From Bryobacteraceae bacterium (GTDB taxonomy: Bacteria; Acidobacteriota; Terriglobia; Bryobacterales; Bryobacteraceae), in contig JANRJO010000057.1 in NCBI GenBank assembly GCA_033763935.1, forward strand, positions 71,972 to 135,971: a stretch of 64,000 nucleotides of DNA, given 5' to 3'. The notes below the pieces were generated by a model. It did not search any database and was not told where the DNA came from. It saw only the letters and a list, made by a program, of their open reading frames with translations. The translations under genes and the position numbers were made by a program. How positions within the stretch are numbered: the stretch's first letter is position 1; each line of letters begins with the position of its first letter. Positions 51,177 to 63,723 of this stretch are shown piece after piece.

Positions 51177-52844
51177 ATGGATCGAAAGCTGCAAGTCATA
51201 CCGCTCGGTGGTTTAGGCGAGTTCGGAATGAACTCGATGGCGATTCGCTATGGCGACGACATTATCGTGATCGACGCCGGCATGATGTTTCCTGAGGCGG
51301 AACTGTTAGGCGTCGACATCGTCACTCCCGACTTCAGCTATCTAATAGAAAACGCCCAACATGTTCGGGCTTTGCTGCTGACCCACGGGCACGAGGACCA
51401 CATTGGGGGCGTGCCTTTCCTGCTGGCGGAGTTGAATGTACCCGTATACGGGACTCCTTTCACCCTGGCACTCGTAGAGCGGCGGCTGGAAGAGCACGAG
51501 CTGCTCGATTCAGTGAAGCTGAATCGGGTGAAGGCAGGACAGAAAATTGAAATCGGCCCCTTCCAGGTTGAGTTCATCAACGTCACGCACTCGATTGTGA
51601 GCTCGGTAGCCTTGGCGGTGACTACCCCCCTCGGCGTGATCATCCATACGGGCGACTTCAAGGTGGACCCGACGCCGACCGACAACGAGTTGTTCGATCT
51701 GCACACCTTAGCCGAATACGGCAAACGCGGCGTTCTCTTGCTCCTGTCGGATTCGACGAACGTTGACCGTTCCGGATACACCGAGAGCGAGCGGGCGGTG
51801 ATCCCGCGCTTTGAGGATATTTTCAACCGGGCCGAGCGAAGGTTGATCGTCAGCTGTTTCAGCTCGTCGGTACACCGGCTGCAGCTGATTCTGGACATGG
51901 CGGCGGAGTACGGGCGGAAGGTGGCATTTCTGGGGCGGAGCATGCTCTCGAATACGGAGATCGCTCACGGCCTGGGCCTGCTTCACATTCCCGACGGTAT
52001 CCTACTGCGCCCGCAGGACATCATGTCCACCTCGCCGGAAAAGGTGGTGGCGGTGGTGAGCGGGACGCAGGGCGAGCCGATGTCGGCGATGTCGCGCGTG
52101 GCCGTGGACAATCACAAGAGCCTTTCGATTGAAAAAGGCGACACATTTGTGCTGAGTTCCCGGATTATTCCCGGAAATGAGAAGCCGATTTTCCGGATGA
52201 TTAACCACGTCAGCCGGCGCGGCGCGGAGGTGGTGTACGGGTCAATGAATCCTCCGGTGCACGTCTCCGGACACGGGAGCGCGGAGGAGCTGCGGCTGGT
52301 GCTGAACCTGGTGCGGCCGCGGTACTTCGTACCGATCCACGGGGAGTACCGGCAGTTGGCGAAGCACGTTTCGCTGGCGCAGCACCTGAGCAACGTCGGT
52401 CTCGAGGAAAGTTTCGTGCTCGAGACCGGTCAGACGCTCGAGATCGACCGGCACGGAGCGCGCCGCGGGCAGAACGTGGCCGTCGGCCGTCTCTGTATCG
52501 ACAGCGGCTCGGTGGACGAGATTGTCGAAGACATCGTGATTCGCGACCGCCGGCATCTCTCCGAGGATGGCTTTGTGCTGCCGATTATCGCCATCAACAA
52601 GCAGACCGGCAAGGCCGAGGGTCTACCTGAGATCGTCAGCCGAGGATTCATGGGCGGCGACGGGTCCTCGGAGCTGATGCAACAGGCGCGGCAGACGGTG
52701 GTGAAGACGCTCGAGACCTCGAGCGCGGAAGAACGCACGGATTGGGGCGTGATGCAGGAAAAGATTCGGGTGGATCTCAAGCGCTTTCTGTCGAAGCAAA
52801 CCCAGCGCCGGCCGCTGATCATGCCGGTCATTCTTGAGGTATGA
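51177..52844 (+). CDS. rnj: ribonuclease J (metallo-beta-lactamase/beta-CASP RNase)
   Basis: LLLTHGHEDHIGG (HxHxDH). Beta-CASP and C-terminal domain. 555 aa. Confidence 0.9.
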   Translation: MDRKLQVIPLGGLGEFGMNSMAIRYGDDIIVIDAGMMFPEAELLGVDIVTPDFSYLIENAQHVRALLLTHGHEDHIGGVPFLLAELNVPVYGTPFTLALVERRLEEHELLDSVKLNRVKAGQKIEIGPFQVEFINVTHSIVSSVALAVTTPLGVIIHTGDFKVDPTPTDNELFDLHTLAEYGKRGVLLLLSDSTNVDRSGYTESERAVIPRFEDIFNRAERRLIVSCFSSSVHRLQLILDMAAEYGRKVAFLGRSMLSNTEIAHGLGLLHIPDGILLRPQDIMSTSPEKVVAVVSGTQGEPMSAMSRVAVDNHKSLSIEKGDTFVLSSRIIPGNEKPIFRMINHVSRRGAEVVYGSMNPPVHVSGHGSAEELRLVLNLVRPRYFVPIHGEYRQLAKHVSLAQHLSNVGLEESFVLETGQTLEIDRHGARRGQNVAVGRLCIDSGSVDEIVEDIVIRDRRHLSEDGFVLPIIAINKQTGKAEGLPEIVSRGFMGGDGSSELMQQARQTVVKTLETSSAEERTDWGVMQEKIRVDLKRFLSKQTQRRPLIMPVILEV

Positions 52845-54654
52845 CGTCCACCGCGGCCTTGTCTTCGAGTTCCGACCAGCGCGCGTAGAGTGCGTCCACT
52901 TTCGCCTGCGCTTGCTCCAATGCGGCGAAGGCGTCCTGCAGCGCCTGGCCATTTGTCACCACGTCCGGCGCCTGCATGCGGGCCTTGCACTCTTCCAGCA
53001 CGGCTTCGGCTTCGTGAATGCGTTGTTCGATGCAGTCGTACTCGCGCTGTTCCATGTAGGAGAGGCGTTTCCTGGCGGGCGTATTGCGCTGCGGCGCCGG
53101 GGTCGCTTGCGCCTTCGCCGATTCGTGACTCTTCTCGCGCGAGCGCTCCTGGCGCGCGCGTTCCCATTGCGAGTAGTCGGCGAAGAACTCCGCGTTGCCG
53201 TCGCCGTCAAGGGCCAGGACGTGGGTGGAAACCGCGTCGAGGAGATACCGGTCGTGGGTGACGAGGACGAGGGCGCCGGGGAAATCGACGAGGCTTTCTT
53301 CGAGGACTTCAAGGGTAGGGATGTCGAGGTCGTTGGTGGGCTCGTCCAATAGCAACACGTCGGCGGGGCGCAGCATGAGCCGTGCGATGAGGACGCGGGC
53401 CTTCTCACCGCCGGACAGCTTTTCGACGGCCATGTCGAGCTGCTCTTTGCGGAACAGGAAGCGGGCAGCCCAGCCCGCGACGTGGATCGGGCGGCCGCGG
53501 AACTGGACGGTGTCGCCTTCGGGGGCGAGGGCGCGGCGGAGCGTGACGGTAGGATCGAGCTGGTCGCGGTGCTGGTCGAAGTAGACCACCTGGAGTTGAT
53601 CGGCTTGCTCGACGATGCCTTCGGTGGGCGTGATCTCTCGATTCAGGAGACGCAGGAGGGACGTCTTTCCCGAGCCGTTGGCGCCAGCGAGGCCGAGGCG
53701 CATGCCGGGGCCCAGCCGGAGTGAGAGGTTCCCGAAGAGGCGGCGTCCGCCGAGGGTCAGGCCGAGGGCCTTCGTCTCGATGAGGCGTTTGGTCTGGCGC
53801 TGCGAGGCGGTGAAGTCGATGGCAGCCGTACCGCGGGGGGCGCGCGCTTGCATGCCGGCGAGGTCATCCATCATGCGGTGAGCTTCGTCGATGCGCGCCT
53901 TCGACTTCGTGGTGCGAGCCTTGGGACCCCGGCGGAGCCATTCGACTTCGCGCCTCAGCCGGGATTCGAGGGCGTCCTGCTGTTTCGCCTGGGCGGCGAG
54001 GTACTCCTGCTTCTTCTCGAGGAAGCGGCTATAGTTGCCGTCCACGCGGAAGATGCCCTCAGGGTATGCCGGGCTGAGTTCGGCCATGCGAGTGGCGAAG
54101 TCTTCGAGGAGGTAGCGGTCGTGGGAGACGACAATCGAGGCGAAGGCGGAAGTTGCGAGGAGTTTCTCGAGCCACACGATCGCATCCAGGTCGAGGTGAT
54201 TGGTGGGCTCGTCGAGCAAAAGGATATCGGGTTGGCGAACGAGTTCGCGGGCGATCGCGAGGCGCTTGCGCCAGCCGCCGGAGAGGGTTTCCACGCGCTG
54301 ATTGCCGTGGGGGAAGCCCGTCTTTCCCAGGGCGGCGGCGATGGCGGCCTCCGGGTGCCCGTCGTCGTCGACGGTGGCAAGCGATTGGCGGACGACCTCC
54401 TCAGCGGTCAGGCCCGCCGGGAACTCGGGCTGTTGCGGCACGTAGGCAAGCTGGACCCCTTTGCGAAGGACGACTTCCCCCGAGTCGGCATCGAGGGCGC
54501 CGGCGAGGATCTTGAGCAGAGTGCTCTTCCCTGCCCCATTGGGACCGATCATGCCCAGGCGGTCGCCGTCTTCGACCGTCAGGGAGACATTCTCAAAGAG
54601 AGGCCGCGAGCCGAAGGCTTTGCCGACGGCGCGGCAGTTGAGGAGCAGGGGCAT
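52828..54654 (-). CDS. ABC-F family ATPase (two ABC cassettes, no TMD)
   Basis: Two Walker A motifs (GPNGAGKST and GANGSGKTS). Two LSGG signatures (LSGGWRKRLAIA, LSGGEKARVLIA). Inter-domain linker and C-terminal coiled coil. Confidence 0.85.
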   Translation of the reverse strand: MPLLLNCRAVGKAFGSRPLFENVSLTVEDGDRLGMIGPNGAGKSTLLKILAGALDADSGEVVLRKGVQLAYVPQQPEFPAGLTAEEVVRQSLATVDDDGHPEAAIAAALGKTGFPHGNQRVETLSGGWRKRLAIARELVRQPDILLLDEPTNHLDLDAIVWLEKLLATSAFASIVVSHDRYLLEDFATRMAELSPAYPEGIFRVDGNYSRFLEKKQEYLAAQAKQQDALESRLRREVEWLRRGPKARTTKSKARIDEAHRMMDDLAGMQARAPRGTAAIDFTASQRQTKRLIETKALGLTLGGRRLFGNLSLRLGPGMRLGLAGANGSGKTSLLRLLNREITPTEGIVEQADQLQVVYFDQHRDQLDPTVTLRRALAPEGDTVQFRGRPIHVAGWAARFLFRKEQLDMAVEKLSGGEKARVLIARLMLRPADVLLLDEPTNDLDIPTLEVLEESLVDFPGALVLVTHDRYLLDAVSTHVLALDGDGNAEFFADYSQWERARQERSREKSHESAKAQATPAPQRNTPARKRLSYMEQREYDCIEQRIHEAEAVLEECKARMQAPDVVTNGQALQDAFAALEQAQAKVDALYARWSELEDKAAVDVIPQE

Positions 54655-54687
54655 GTCTAACTCTCAGGCTACAATGACGGCGAACAG

Positions 54688-54716
54688 TTGACAAAGAAGA
54701 ATCATTCTCATCTAAT
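54688..54716 (+). promoter_or_regulatory. sigma70-like promoter (TTGACA-17-TCTAAT) with embedded inverted repeat AGAATcATTCT (Fur/PerR-box-like) upstream of the fur-family gene
   Basis: Seen in sequence. The box at 54698..54708 sits in the spacer. The ORF track wrongly used the TTG of the -35 as the start codon. Confidence 0.4.
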
Positions 54717-54726
54717 AGGAACTGTC

Positions 54727-55188
54727 ATGAGTGAGCAGACCGCGATGGTGGAGCGGCGGATGGAGGCGTTTCGCGAACGGTGCCGGGAGCGGGGCCTTGC
54801 GCTGACGCACCAGCGGCTGGTGATCTATCGCGTGCTGGCGGGAATGGAGCACCATCCGAGCCCGGAAGCTCTTTACGAGATGGTCAAGAAGGAGATCCCG
54901 TCGATCTCGTTGGGAACCGTGTACAAGAACATACACACGTTCCTCGACAATGGTCTGCTGCGCGAAGTGACCCTGCATCACGGGACGCTGCGGCTTGAGA
55001 CGAAGCTCGACCCGCATCACCACCTGGTGTGTTCCCGGTGTAAAACGATAGTGGATCTGGAGGAGTCAGACCTTGAGCCGGTGCGGCTGAAGAAGCGGCT
55101 TCCGAAGGGTTTTCGTGTGGAGCGTTTCCGTGTGGAGGCCGTGGGCCTTTGCGCGGCGTGCGCGGTTGCGCACAAGAGCGAATCGTAG
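54727..55188 (+). CDS. Fur-family metalloregulator (PerR-like, given ahpCD context)
   Basis: Fur-family winged helix and HHHLVCSRCKTIVD...CAAC metal-site motifs. 153 aa from the ATG, with an AGGA SD. Confidence 0.8.
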   Translation: MSEQTAMVERRMEAFRERCRERGLALTHQRLVIYRVLAGMEHHPSPEALYEMVKKEIPSISLGTVYKNIHTFLDNGLLREVTLHHGTLRLETKLDPHHHLVCSRCKTIVDLEESDLEPVRLKKRLPKGFRVERFRVEAVGLCAACAVAHKSES

Positions 55189-55245
55189 CTTTGGTTTGAA
55201 TCATCCATCAATTTGTAATTCGACAGGACTAACAGGAGACTAGAC

Positions 55246-55782
55246 ATGCTTGGTGTTGGAGAGAAGTTCCCGGAATTCAACGTTACCGCCACCGTTTCGA
55301 CGGACAAGAATTCGGCGTTTCAAGAGATCTCGCACGAGAGCTACCCGGGCAAGTGGAAGGTGTACTTCTTCTGGCCGAAAGATTTCACGTTTGTGTGCCC
55401 GACGGAGATCGCTGCGTTCGGCAAACTGAACCGCGAGTTCACGGACCGTGATGCGCAGGTACTCGGCGGCAGCACCGACTCTGAGTTCGTGCACCTGGCT
55501 TGGCGGACGCACCACGAGGACTTAAAGGAACTGCCGTTTCCGATGCTGGCCGACGTGAAGCGGGAGTTGACCGAGGAGCTGGGCATCCTGGATCCGAAGG
55601 CCGGCGTGGCGCAGCGAGCGACCTACATCGTCGATCCGGAGAACATCATCCGCTTCGCCTACGTCACCGATCTGTCGGTGGGCCGCAATCCGGAAGAAGT
55701 CCTGCGCGTGCTGGACGCGCTTCAGACCGACGAACTCTGCCCCTGCAACTGGAAGAAGGGCGAAGAGACGCTGAAGGTCTAA
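55246..55782 (+). CDS. ahpC: peroxiredoxin (AhpC/Prx1 subfamily)
   Basis: Peroxidatic Cys motif FTFVCPTEI. Thioredoxin fold. 178 aa. Confidence 0.9.
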   Translation: MLGVGEKFPEFNVTATVSTDKNSAFQEISHESYPGKWKVYFFWPKDFTFVCPTEIAAFGKLNREFTDRDAQVLGGSTDSEFVHLAWRTHHEDLKELPFPMLADVKRELTEELGILDPKAGVAQRATYIVDPENIIRFAYVTDLSVGRNPEEVLRVLDALQTDELCPCNWKKGEETLKV

Positions 55783-55841
55783 CTTTCCGATTTGGCGCGG
55801 GAGCGGCGTTCCCGCGCCGCCCCCGCGAAGAGTGGTGCTCT

Positions 55842-56399
55842 ATGACATTCGAACAATTTCTCGATTCCCTGCCCGAGTACGCGAAGGACCTGAAGCTGAA
55901 CCTTTCGACCTTGTTGCGGCAGCCGGAGCTCACGGCGCAGCAGATCTGGGGCACGGCGCTGGCGAGCGCGATCGCGTCCCGCAACGGGGTGCTGACGGAA
56001 GTCATCGCGCACGAGGCCGTGAGGCAGCTCTCGCCGGAGGCGATGGCAGCGGCGAAGGCAGCTGCGGCGATCATGGGCATGAACAACGTGTACTACCGGT
56101 TCACCCACCTGGTAGAGAATCCGAAGTACGGGACGATACCGGCGCGTCTGCGGATGAACGCGATCCGGACGCACGGGATCTCGCCGGTGGACTTCGAGTT
56201 GTGGTGCACGGCGGTCTCCGCGGTCAACGGCTGTGGGGCGTGCATGGCATCGCATGAACGAGTGGTTCGCGAGAAGGGGCTGACGGAGGAGCAGGTGGCT
56301 GCTTCGGTACGGATCGCCTCGGTGATGCACGCGGTAGCCACCGTTTTGGACGGCGAAGAGGCTTTAGCCGGCGTAGAACCGGCGAAGGCGGGCGCCTGA
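55842..56399 (+). CDS. ahpD: alkylhydroperoxidase AhpD-family protein
   Basis: AhpD core with CxxxxH ([12 protein letters not shown]). Start at ATG 55842. The track extension is spurious. Confidence 0.8.
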   Translation: MTFEQFLDSLPEYAKDLKLNLSTLLRQPELTAQQIWGTALASAIASRNGVLTEVIAHEAVRQLSPEAMAAAKAAAAIMGMNNVYYRFTHLVENPKYGTIPARLRMNAIRTHGISPVDFELWCTAVSAVNGCGACMASHERVVREKGLTEEQVAASVRIASVMHAVATVLDGEEALAGVEPAKAGA

Positions 56400-56440
56400 C
56401 TCTGGTACAATGAAGAGGTTACGCCAACCAAGGAGGCCGT

Positions 56441-56614
56441 ATGAGGTCTATAGGCTTACCTGAACTTTTGATCATTCTGGGCATCGCCGTGTTGCTGTTC
56501 GGCGGCCGGAAGATTCCGGAAGTGGCCAAAGGTTTGGGCGAGGGCATTAAGAACTTCAAGAACGCCCTGAAGAGCGAAGAGAAGGCCGACGAGAAAAACA
56601 AGGCGAACGTTTGA
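56441..56614 (+). CDS. tatA: twin-arginine translocase subunit TatA/E (57 aa; below ORF-track cutoff)
   Basis: Translated by hand: [59 protein letters not shown] + amphipathic helix with the FGG hinge. AAGGAGG SD. Confidence 0.8.
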   Translation: MRSIGLPELLIILGIAVLLFGGRKIPEVAKGLGEGIKNFKNALKSEEKADEKNKANV

Positions 56615-56668
56615 GAAGCCGGCCCGCAAGTTGGGCCTCCTTCATCTCGGCATAACCTCAGGAAACAG

Positions 56669-56700
56669 GAAACCCCGCGCGGCGAGCGCGGGGTTTCGTA
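56669..56700 (+). terminator. rho-independent terminator (CCCCGCGC-GGCGA-GCGCGGGG + TTTCGTATTTC) after tatA, between convergent tatA and hup
   Basis: Perfect 8-bp GC stem flanked by AAA and TTT on opposite sides (bidirectional). Confidence 0.55.
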
Positions 56701-56733
56701 TTTCAGGGATGTGTTCGGGCGCGGGGCCTGGGT

Positions 56734-57039
56734 TTACTTCTTCTTGGGCGGGACGACGGCGTCCTTCAGGGACTTGGCGATGCGGAACTTCACGGTCTTC
56801 TTGGCGGGAATCTTGATCGCCTCGCCCGTGGCGGGGTTGCGGCCCATGCGAGCCTTGCTCTCGCGGCGCACGACGCGGCCAATCCCGGGGATAATGAACA
56901 TCCCATTCTTCTTGGTCTCCTTCACGGCCAGCTCGCTGAGCGTGACGAAGAACTGCTTCGCGACTTTGTTGTTGACGCCAGTGCTCTCTGCGATGTGCTT
57001 GATCACGGCGGTCTGAGTCATTTTCGTTGCTTCGGCCAT
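56734..57039 (-). CDS. hup: HU/IHF-family DNA-binding protein
   Basis: HU fold motifs (FGTF-like arm GRNPATGEAIKIPA; C-terminal Lys-rich tail). Start at ATG 57039 with AAAGGAGAGG SD. The track extension is spurious. Confidence 0.85.
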   Translation of the reverse strand: MAEATKMTQTAVIKHIAESTGVNNKVAKQFFVTLSELAVKETKKNGMFIIPGIGRVVRRESKARMGRNPATGEAIKIPAKKTVKFRIAKSLKDAVVPPKKK

Positions 57040-57298
57040 ACCTCTCCTTTGTTCTCCCAATGAACGTTCCGACGGCATCTCCAGGGCGTTTCGCACTACA
57101 ACAAAACGCATTGAAAATGTTTGATCGGTACTTCTGCGACCCCATGATACGGGATGTTTCGCGCCAGTGTAAAGGGTCCTGAAGCGAAAAAACGGCCTAA
57201 ACGTGAGGTTTTTCGGTAGGTGAGGTCTCCGGAGGGCCAAAAACCGGGGGTTCCGGCGCTCCAGCGGGGAGGACGACGCGGTTTGGGGGACCAGACGA

Positions 57299-58315
57299 TC
57301 AGCTTGCCGCGGCCAGCACAGCGGCGGCAGGCGGCAGGTCCAGGGCCTTCCGGGCGGCGCTCAGCAGGGCCTCCCGTTTGTCGGGATTGCGGCGGAGGAA
57401 CTCCATGGCGTTGTCGCGGCCCTGGCCGATGCGCTCGCCCTGATGGCTGAACCAGGAGCCGCTCTTCTCGACGAGGCCTTTGGCGACGCAAACGTCGATG
57501 AGGTCGCCTTCGCGGGAGAGGCCTTCGCCATGAACCATGTCGAGTTCGACTTCCCGAAACGGCGGGGCCACCTTATTCTTGACGACCTTGATCTTGGTGT
57601 GGCTGCCGGTGACCTTGTCCCCGTCCTTGATAGCGCCGGTGCGGCGGACATCGAGGCGGATGCTCGAGTAGAACTTGAGGGCACGCCCGCCGGTAGTGGT
57701 TTCAGGGCTGCCGAACATGACGCCGATCTTCTCGCGGATCTGGTTGATGAAGAGGAGGCAGGTGTTGGTGCGAGCGACCAGGCCCGTCAGCTTCCGGAGC
57801 GCCTGAGACATGAGCCGGGCGTGCAGGCCGACAAAGCTATCGCCCATCTCGCCTTCGAGTTCGGCCTTGGGGACCAGGGCGGCGACGGAGTCGACGACGA
57901 GAACGTCGATGGCGTGAGAGGAGATGAGAGCGGCGGCGATTTCAAGGGCCTGTTCGCCGCAGTCAGGCTGCGAGACCAGGAGGTTATCGATGTCGACGCC
58001 GAGGCGGCGGGCATACGTAGGGTCCAGGGCATGTTCGGCGTCGACGAAAGCGGCGACGCCGCCCTGCCGCTGCGCTTCGGCAACGATGTGGAGGGCGATC
58101 GTGGTCTTTCCGGACGACTCCGGTCCGAAGACTTCGATGACCCGGCCACGGGGGACGCCGCCCACGCCCAAGGCGGCGTCGAGAGAGATGGATCCGGTGG
58201 GAATCACGCTGACGTTGAGGACGTCGCGGGAGCCAAGCCGCATCACGCTGTTCTTACCGAATTGTTTGTCGAGAGCAGCCAAGGCAGAGTCGATCGCGCG
58301 CCGCCGGTCGTCCAT
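57299..58315 (-). CDS. recA: recombinase RecA
   Basis: Canonical RecA ([16 protein letters not shown] Walker A, L1/L2 loops). Confidence 0.97.
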   Translation of the reverse strand: MDDRRRAIDSALAALDKQFGKNSVMRLGSRDVLNVSVIPTGSISLDAALGVGGVPRGRVIEVFGPESSGKTTIALHIVAEAQRQGGVAAFVDAEHALDPTYARRLGVDIDNLLVSQPDCGEQALEIAAALISSHAIDVLVVDSVAALVPKAELEGEMGDSFVGLHARLMSQALRKLTGLVARTNTCLLFINQIREKIGVMFGSPETTTGGRALKFYSSIRLDVRRTGAIKDGDKVTGSHTKIKVVKNKVAPPFREVELDMVHGEGLSREGDLIDVCVAKGLVEKSGSWFSHQGERIGQGRDNAMEFLRRNPDKREALLSAARKALDLPPAAAVLAAAS

Positions 58316-58366
58316 CAGCGAATCACCTCGTCAAAATGGTGGAAGTTGGGGGCGGATGTTCTCAGC

Positions 58367-59340
58367 TCAGGGTGCGACGATCTCAACGGGAGGAGAGGGT
58401 TTGCTTTCGTTCCCGAGAGCGTCGATGGAGGCGACGGCGTAGCGGTAGCGTTTGCCGGACTCGACAGCGCGGTCACTAAAGGCCGGGGTGGGGAGGCGGC
58501 CGGCGTGCTTCGCCAGAGGCGCGTCGCCTTCGGCCCGGTAGACGATGTAGCCGGCAAGGTCCGCTTCGCTGTTGCGTTCCCAGGCGAGTTCGACGGTGGA
58601 GGCGCCGGCGACCGCGGTGAGGCCGCCCGGGACTGCGGGCGGGAAGCGGTCCTCCGGCGTAATGGAGACCGGGTCGCTGGGTTCGCTTTCGGCTTCGCCA
58701 TTGCCGGCGGGCACCGCGGATTGGACGCGGTACTCAAAGGGCCTGCCGTAGAGGGCGGAAGGATCGACGAAGGACGGGTCGCCGGACTTGGCGAGGAGGG
58801 TGTACTCGGGGTCGGAGGGTGCGCGGCGGTACACGCGGAAGGGGCCGGTTCCCTGCCACTCGAGGCGAACGCCGCCGGAAGCGGACTGCGCGGTGAGGTT
58901 CGACGGCTTAGGGATGGGGGGCAAGGCTGTCAGGACGGCGACATCCGACCAGACGGCTTTCCGGCCGCTGGGACCTGCGGCGCGCACGGCGATGAAGAGT
59001 TCCTGACCGGCCCAGGGGGCGGCGGGGACAGACAGTTGGACCAGGCCGGGAGTGGAGGCGGCGACTTCGGCACGAGAGGCAGAGGCGGCCCAGCGATCGA
59101 TGTTGAAGGGTGGTTCACCGCCGGGGCCGAGGCGGAGTTCGACCTCGCTCACCTTGCTGAGGGGAAGGGCTTCGGTGGTGAGGGGCGGGATAGTGAACTC
59201 GATGAGAATCCGGTCCCCTCGCTGGAGGGCGCGGAGATCAGTGACCTTCTCCGGGATGTTGAGGGCGGGCGGGAGCGGGTCGCCGGGGTAGCCGCATCCG
59301 GCGAGCAGAGCCGCCGCGGCGAGCAGGAGCACGATTCGCA

Positions 59341-59341
<1 letters not shown>
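58367..59341 (-). CDS. lipoprotein with fibronectin-III-like repeats, translationally coupled to hslU
   Basis: Lipobox LLAGCG. Beta-sandwich repeats. ATG overlaps the hslU stop (ATGA at 59339..59343). Confidence 0.5.
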
Positions 59342-60699
<1,358 letters not shown>

Positions 60700-61242
60700 C
60701 TATTGACTCAATTCCTCGTAGACGATGTTGCCATTGGTGTAGATACAGATGTCAGCGGCGATCTGCATGGATTTCTCCGCGATTTCGCGCGCGCCGAGCT
60801 TGGTGTTATCGATGAGAGCGCGCGCGGCCGCCTTGGCGAAAGGCCCGCCCGAGCCGATGGCGGCCACCTCTTCGTCGGGTTCGATGACATCGCCGCCGCC
60901 GCTGATGATGTAGGTGTTCTTGAGGTCGGCGACCAGGAGGAGCGCTTCGAGGTGGCGGAGGACTTTGTCGGTGCGCCACTCCTTGGCGAGTTCGACGACG
61001 CTGCGGGGCAGGTTGCCGCTGTGTTGTTCAAGCTTGGCTTCGAAGCGGGCGAAGAGGGCGAAGGCGTCGGCGGTGGAGCCGGCGAAGCCGCCGAGGATGC
61101 GGTCATTGTGAAAGCGGCGCAGCTTGCGGGCAGTCCCTTTGAGGACTTCCTGGCCGAGGGTCACCTGGCCATCGCCGGCAAGGACCACCTTACCGTTGCG
61201 GCGCACGGCGAGGATGGTGGTGGAGTGGATGCGGTCGCGCAT
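60700..61242 (-). CDS. hslV: ATP-dependent protease peptidase subunit HslV
   Basis: N-terminal Thr nucleophile context ([23 protein letters not shown]). About 180 aa. Immediately upstream of hslU. Confidence 0.93.
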   Translation of the reverse strand: MRDRIHSTTILAVRRNGKVVLAGDGQVTLGQEVLKGTARKLRRFHNDRILGGFAGSTADAFALFARFEAKLEQHSGNLPRSVVELAKEWRTDKVLRHLEALLLVADLKNTYIISGGGDVIEPDEEVAAIGSGGPFAKAAARALIDNTKLGAREIAEKSMQIAADICIYTNGNIVYEELSQ

Positions 61243-61310
61243 GGGGCTAAATTTCAGTGTAGCGCGAGGGGTTACGTGGCCCGGCAGCTCGCGCGCCCAG
61301 CCGCGGTGCT

Positions 61311-63656
61311 TTACAGCTCGATATCGAAGACCAGGGATTCGATGAGACGGTCGAGGTCCTTTTGCGCGGACTCCTGTTTGGCGTTGACGTCCTCGATTTC
61401 TCTTTTCAACTGTTCCAGACGGGTTTCCTGGTCGTTGAGCTGTTTGGTGTAGCGCAACACGAGGGCGCGCTCTTCGGGCGTGCCCTTGAGGGCCTTCATG
61501 TTCTCGCGGAGACGCTCCTGGTCGTTGTAGATGACCTCCGCTTCGCTTTCGCGAGCACTTTCTTGCGCATCGAAGCTCCGCACCACGGCTTTCTGGGCCA
61601 GCACCTTCTTCAGGGCTTCTTCGAGGGCGGGGTCGATAGACTTCTGGCGGACGAAGAGGGCGACGAGGTCGCTGTCGAGATCGGCGATCCGGTAAGTTGC
61701 TTCGACAGGGCGCGCTTCTTCGACGACGAGGCGCGCGGTTTGGCGGGGTGGAACTTCGAGGCGGAAGCGCATGAGGCCGGCGGCGGTTTCCTGGGGAGTG
61801 GGCGTGCTGCGCAGTTGGAAGCCCGGGCGGGCCGGATGTTCGACGACGACGGTTCGAGGGGTGGAGTCGGCATTGCGAAAACTGTAAGTAAGGCTTTCGC
61901 GCTGCTCTTTGACGATGACGAGGCTTCCTTTGGCAACGCGAACACGGGTGCGGCGTTCGGAGACGGGCTCGGCTTTGGTGTCGGGGGTGAGGGCGAGGTC
62001 GACGGCGTAGGAGATGAGGCGCTTCTCGCCGGGGCGGAGGGATTCGATGAGGCCCTCGCCGGCGAAGACACCGGACTCGAGGACGCTGAAAGCGCCGGCG
62101 TCGAGGGTGGCCGTACTGGTGTTTTCGAGCCAGAGTGCGCGGAGTGGCTTGGGGAGTTGGCTGCCGCTGGTCCAGATGGAGACCTTTTCCGCGGACACGG
62201 GAGAGTGGAGGATGGGGACTAGCGCGGACTGGGACTTGCGAATGGAGATGGGCTCTTTGAGTTTGTACTCGAAGAGGTCGCCGAGGTCCTCGGCCTTGGC
62301 AGCGGAGAGAAGCGAAGCGGAGTTGTATTGGGCGGGCGGAGGAGGCGGCGGCGGGGGAGCGGCCCTCTTAAACCTTATTGCGCCGCCGCCGAGAGCGCGG
62401 CCACTGCCTAAAGAAGCGCGGGAGCGGGCGGAACCGTCAGCGGTGACTTCAACGGTATCGGTCATCGCGCCGAGCTGCAGTTCGACGTTGGCGGTGAGAG
62501 GGCGGCCGGCGGCAGAGACCAGGGACTGATTGAAGGTGTTGAACCCAGGCGAGGTTACCTCCAGGCGGATGGAGCCATCGGGAACGGAGCCAAACGTGAA
62601 TCGGCCGTTCGCGTCGCTGGTCGCTTCGGCGGCTAGGGTGCCGTTGGCGTCGAAGACTTTCGCTCGGGCGCCGGCAATGACGGCACCCGCAGGGTCGCGA
62701 ACTGTACCATTGAGGCTGCCGCCGCCGAGGATGGCAACGGGCGCGTCGAAGGTCTGCGGGGCGGCGCTGAGGCTCTCCTTGATGGCGGCGACGGGGCGGT
62801 GGGTGTAGTAGGGAACGGACAGTTTCTGGATGAACGACTGCGGTGCTCCGGCGACGAGGGAGAGTTCGACGTTCTCCCAGTCCTGGGCGCCGGTGTTGTC
62901 GACGATGGCCCAGCCTTGAAGCAGGGGCTTCTGATCCGCCTTGGTGGGAAGCACGATGCGGTAGGTCGCTTTCCAGACGGGAACCTCGCTGATGTAGCTC
63001 ACGAGCAGGGGGCGAAGACCGTCGCCGGCGGTGGCGATGGTCATGCGGCGCTGGTCGGGTTCGCGAGCGGAGTTCACGATGTCGAGGTAGCGCTTGACAG
63101 TTCCGTTGAGGGCGGAATCGAGGAGCCGCACGGAGAAGCCAGCGGACAGCTCAGTGGTTCGCATTTCGCCGGCATCGGTGATCATCGAGAGGTAGTCGAC
63201 TTCGACGGTGGCTCCGCCGCCGGTGCGGGTCTTACGTTCGACGGTGAGGAGGCGGCCGGTCCAGGTGAGGGCGCCGCTCTTGAGTTCGACGCGGGCGCCG
63301 CGGAGGGAAGAGAGGAACTCGTAGAGGGTATCGGTGTTGAGAGGGAGGCCGGCGAGTTGGCGGTCGCGCGGGTCAGAGGAGCCGTAGGTGACGCCGGTGA
63401 TGCGGCCGCCTCCCTGGTCGAGGACGGTGAGGGATTTGAGGACGTCGTCGAGCTGGCCGGTGGTGAAGGCGATGTCGACGGACTGGTTGTCCTTGACGGC
63501 GCCCTGGTGCTCAAAGTAGCCGACGCCGTTCTTATAGAGTACGACGCGCTTGACGGGGAGGCGGGCGGCGGAGGGGGCGACGGCAGTTTCCTGGGCGGCG
63601 GCGGAAAAAACGGCGAGCGCGACCAAGGAGAGGATGAGGACTTTCCTGGTAATCAT
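61311..63656 (-). CDS. secreted DUF4140/DUF4139 (MuiA-like) family protein with inserted carboxypeptidase-regulatory-like domain, poly-Pro linker and C-terminal coiled coil
   Basis: Signal peptide. N-terminal [16 protein letters not shown]...[10 protein letters not shown] block typical of DUF4140. CarboxypepD_reg-like beta module ([13 protein letters not shown]...[17 protein letters not shown]). PPPPPPPPP. Family assignment is from memory only. Confidence 0.45.
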   Translation of the reverse strand: MITRKVLILSLVALAVFSAAAQETAVAPSAARLPVKRVVLYKNGVGYFEHQGAVKDNQSVDIAFTTGQLDDVLKSLTVLDQGGGRITGVTYGSSDPRDRQLAGLPLNTDTLYEFLSSLRGARVELKSGALTWTGRLLTVERKTRTGGGATVEVDYLSMITDAGEMRTTELSAGFSVRLLDSALNGTVKRYLDIVNSAREPDQRRMTIATAGDGLRPLLVSYISEVPVWKATYRIVLPTKADQKPLLQGWAIVDNTGAQDWENVELSLVAGAPQSFIQKLSVPYYTHRPVAAIKESLSAAPQTFDAPVAILGGGSLNGTVRDPAGAVIAGARAKVFDANGTLAAEATSDANGRFTFGSVPDGSIRLEVTSPGFNTFNQSLVSAAGRPLTANVELQLGAMTDTVEVTADGSARSRASLGSGRALGGGAIRFKRAAPPPPPPPPAQYNSASLLSAAKAEDLGDLFEYKLKEPISIRKSQSALVPILHSPVSAEKVSIWTSGSQLPKPLRALWLENTSTATLDAGAFSVLESGVFAGEGLIESLRPGEKRLISYAVDLALTPDTKAEPVSERRTRVRVAKGSLVIVKEQRESLTYSFRNADSTPRTVVVEHPARPGFQLRSTPTPQETAAGLMRFRLEVPPRQTARLVVEEARPVEATYRIADLDSDLVALFVRQKSIDPALEEALKKVLAQKAVVRSFDAQESARESEAEVIYNDQERLRENMKALKGTPEERALVLRYTKQLNDQETRLEQLKREIEDVNAKQESAQKDLDRLIESLVFDIEL

Positions 63657-63723
63657 GGTTTATTTGCGGGTGGTGCGCGTTCTTATGCTACACCTCGGGT
63701 GCCCCCAAGGGGGTACCGGCGGG

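Noticed and set aside
54688-54726. TTG at 54688 used by the ORF track as the Fur start codon
   Set aside because: That TTG is the first base of a TTGACA -35 hexamer. ATG 54727 with AGGA SD gives a canonical 153-aa Fur-family protein.
57041-57298. CTCCGGAG palindrome downstream of recA considered as LexA box or terminator
   Set aside because: It does not match a CTGT-N8-ACAG-type SOS box. The hairpin is short (8-bp palindrome) and lacks a T-tract. Weak evidence only.
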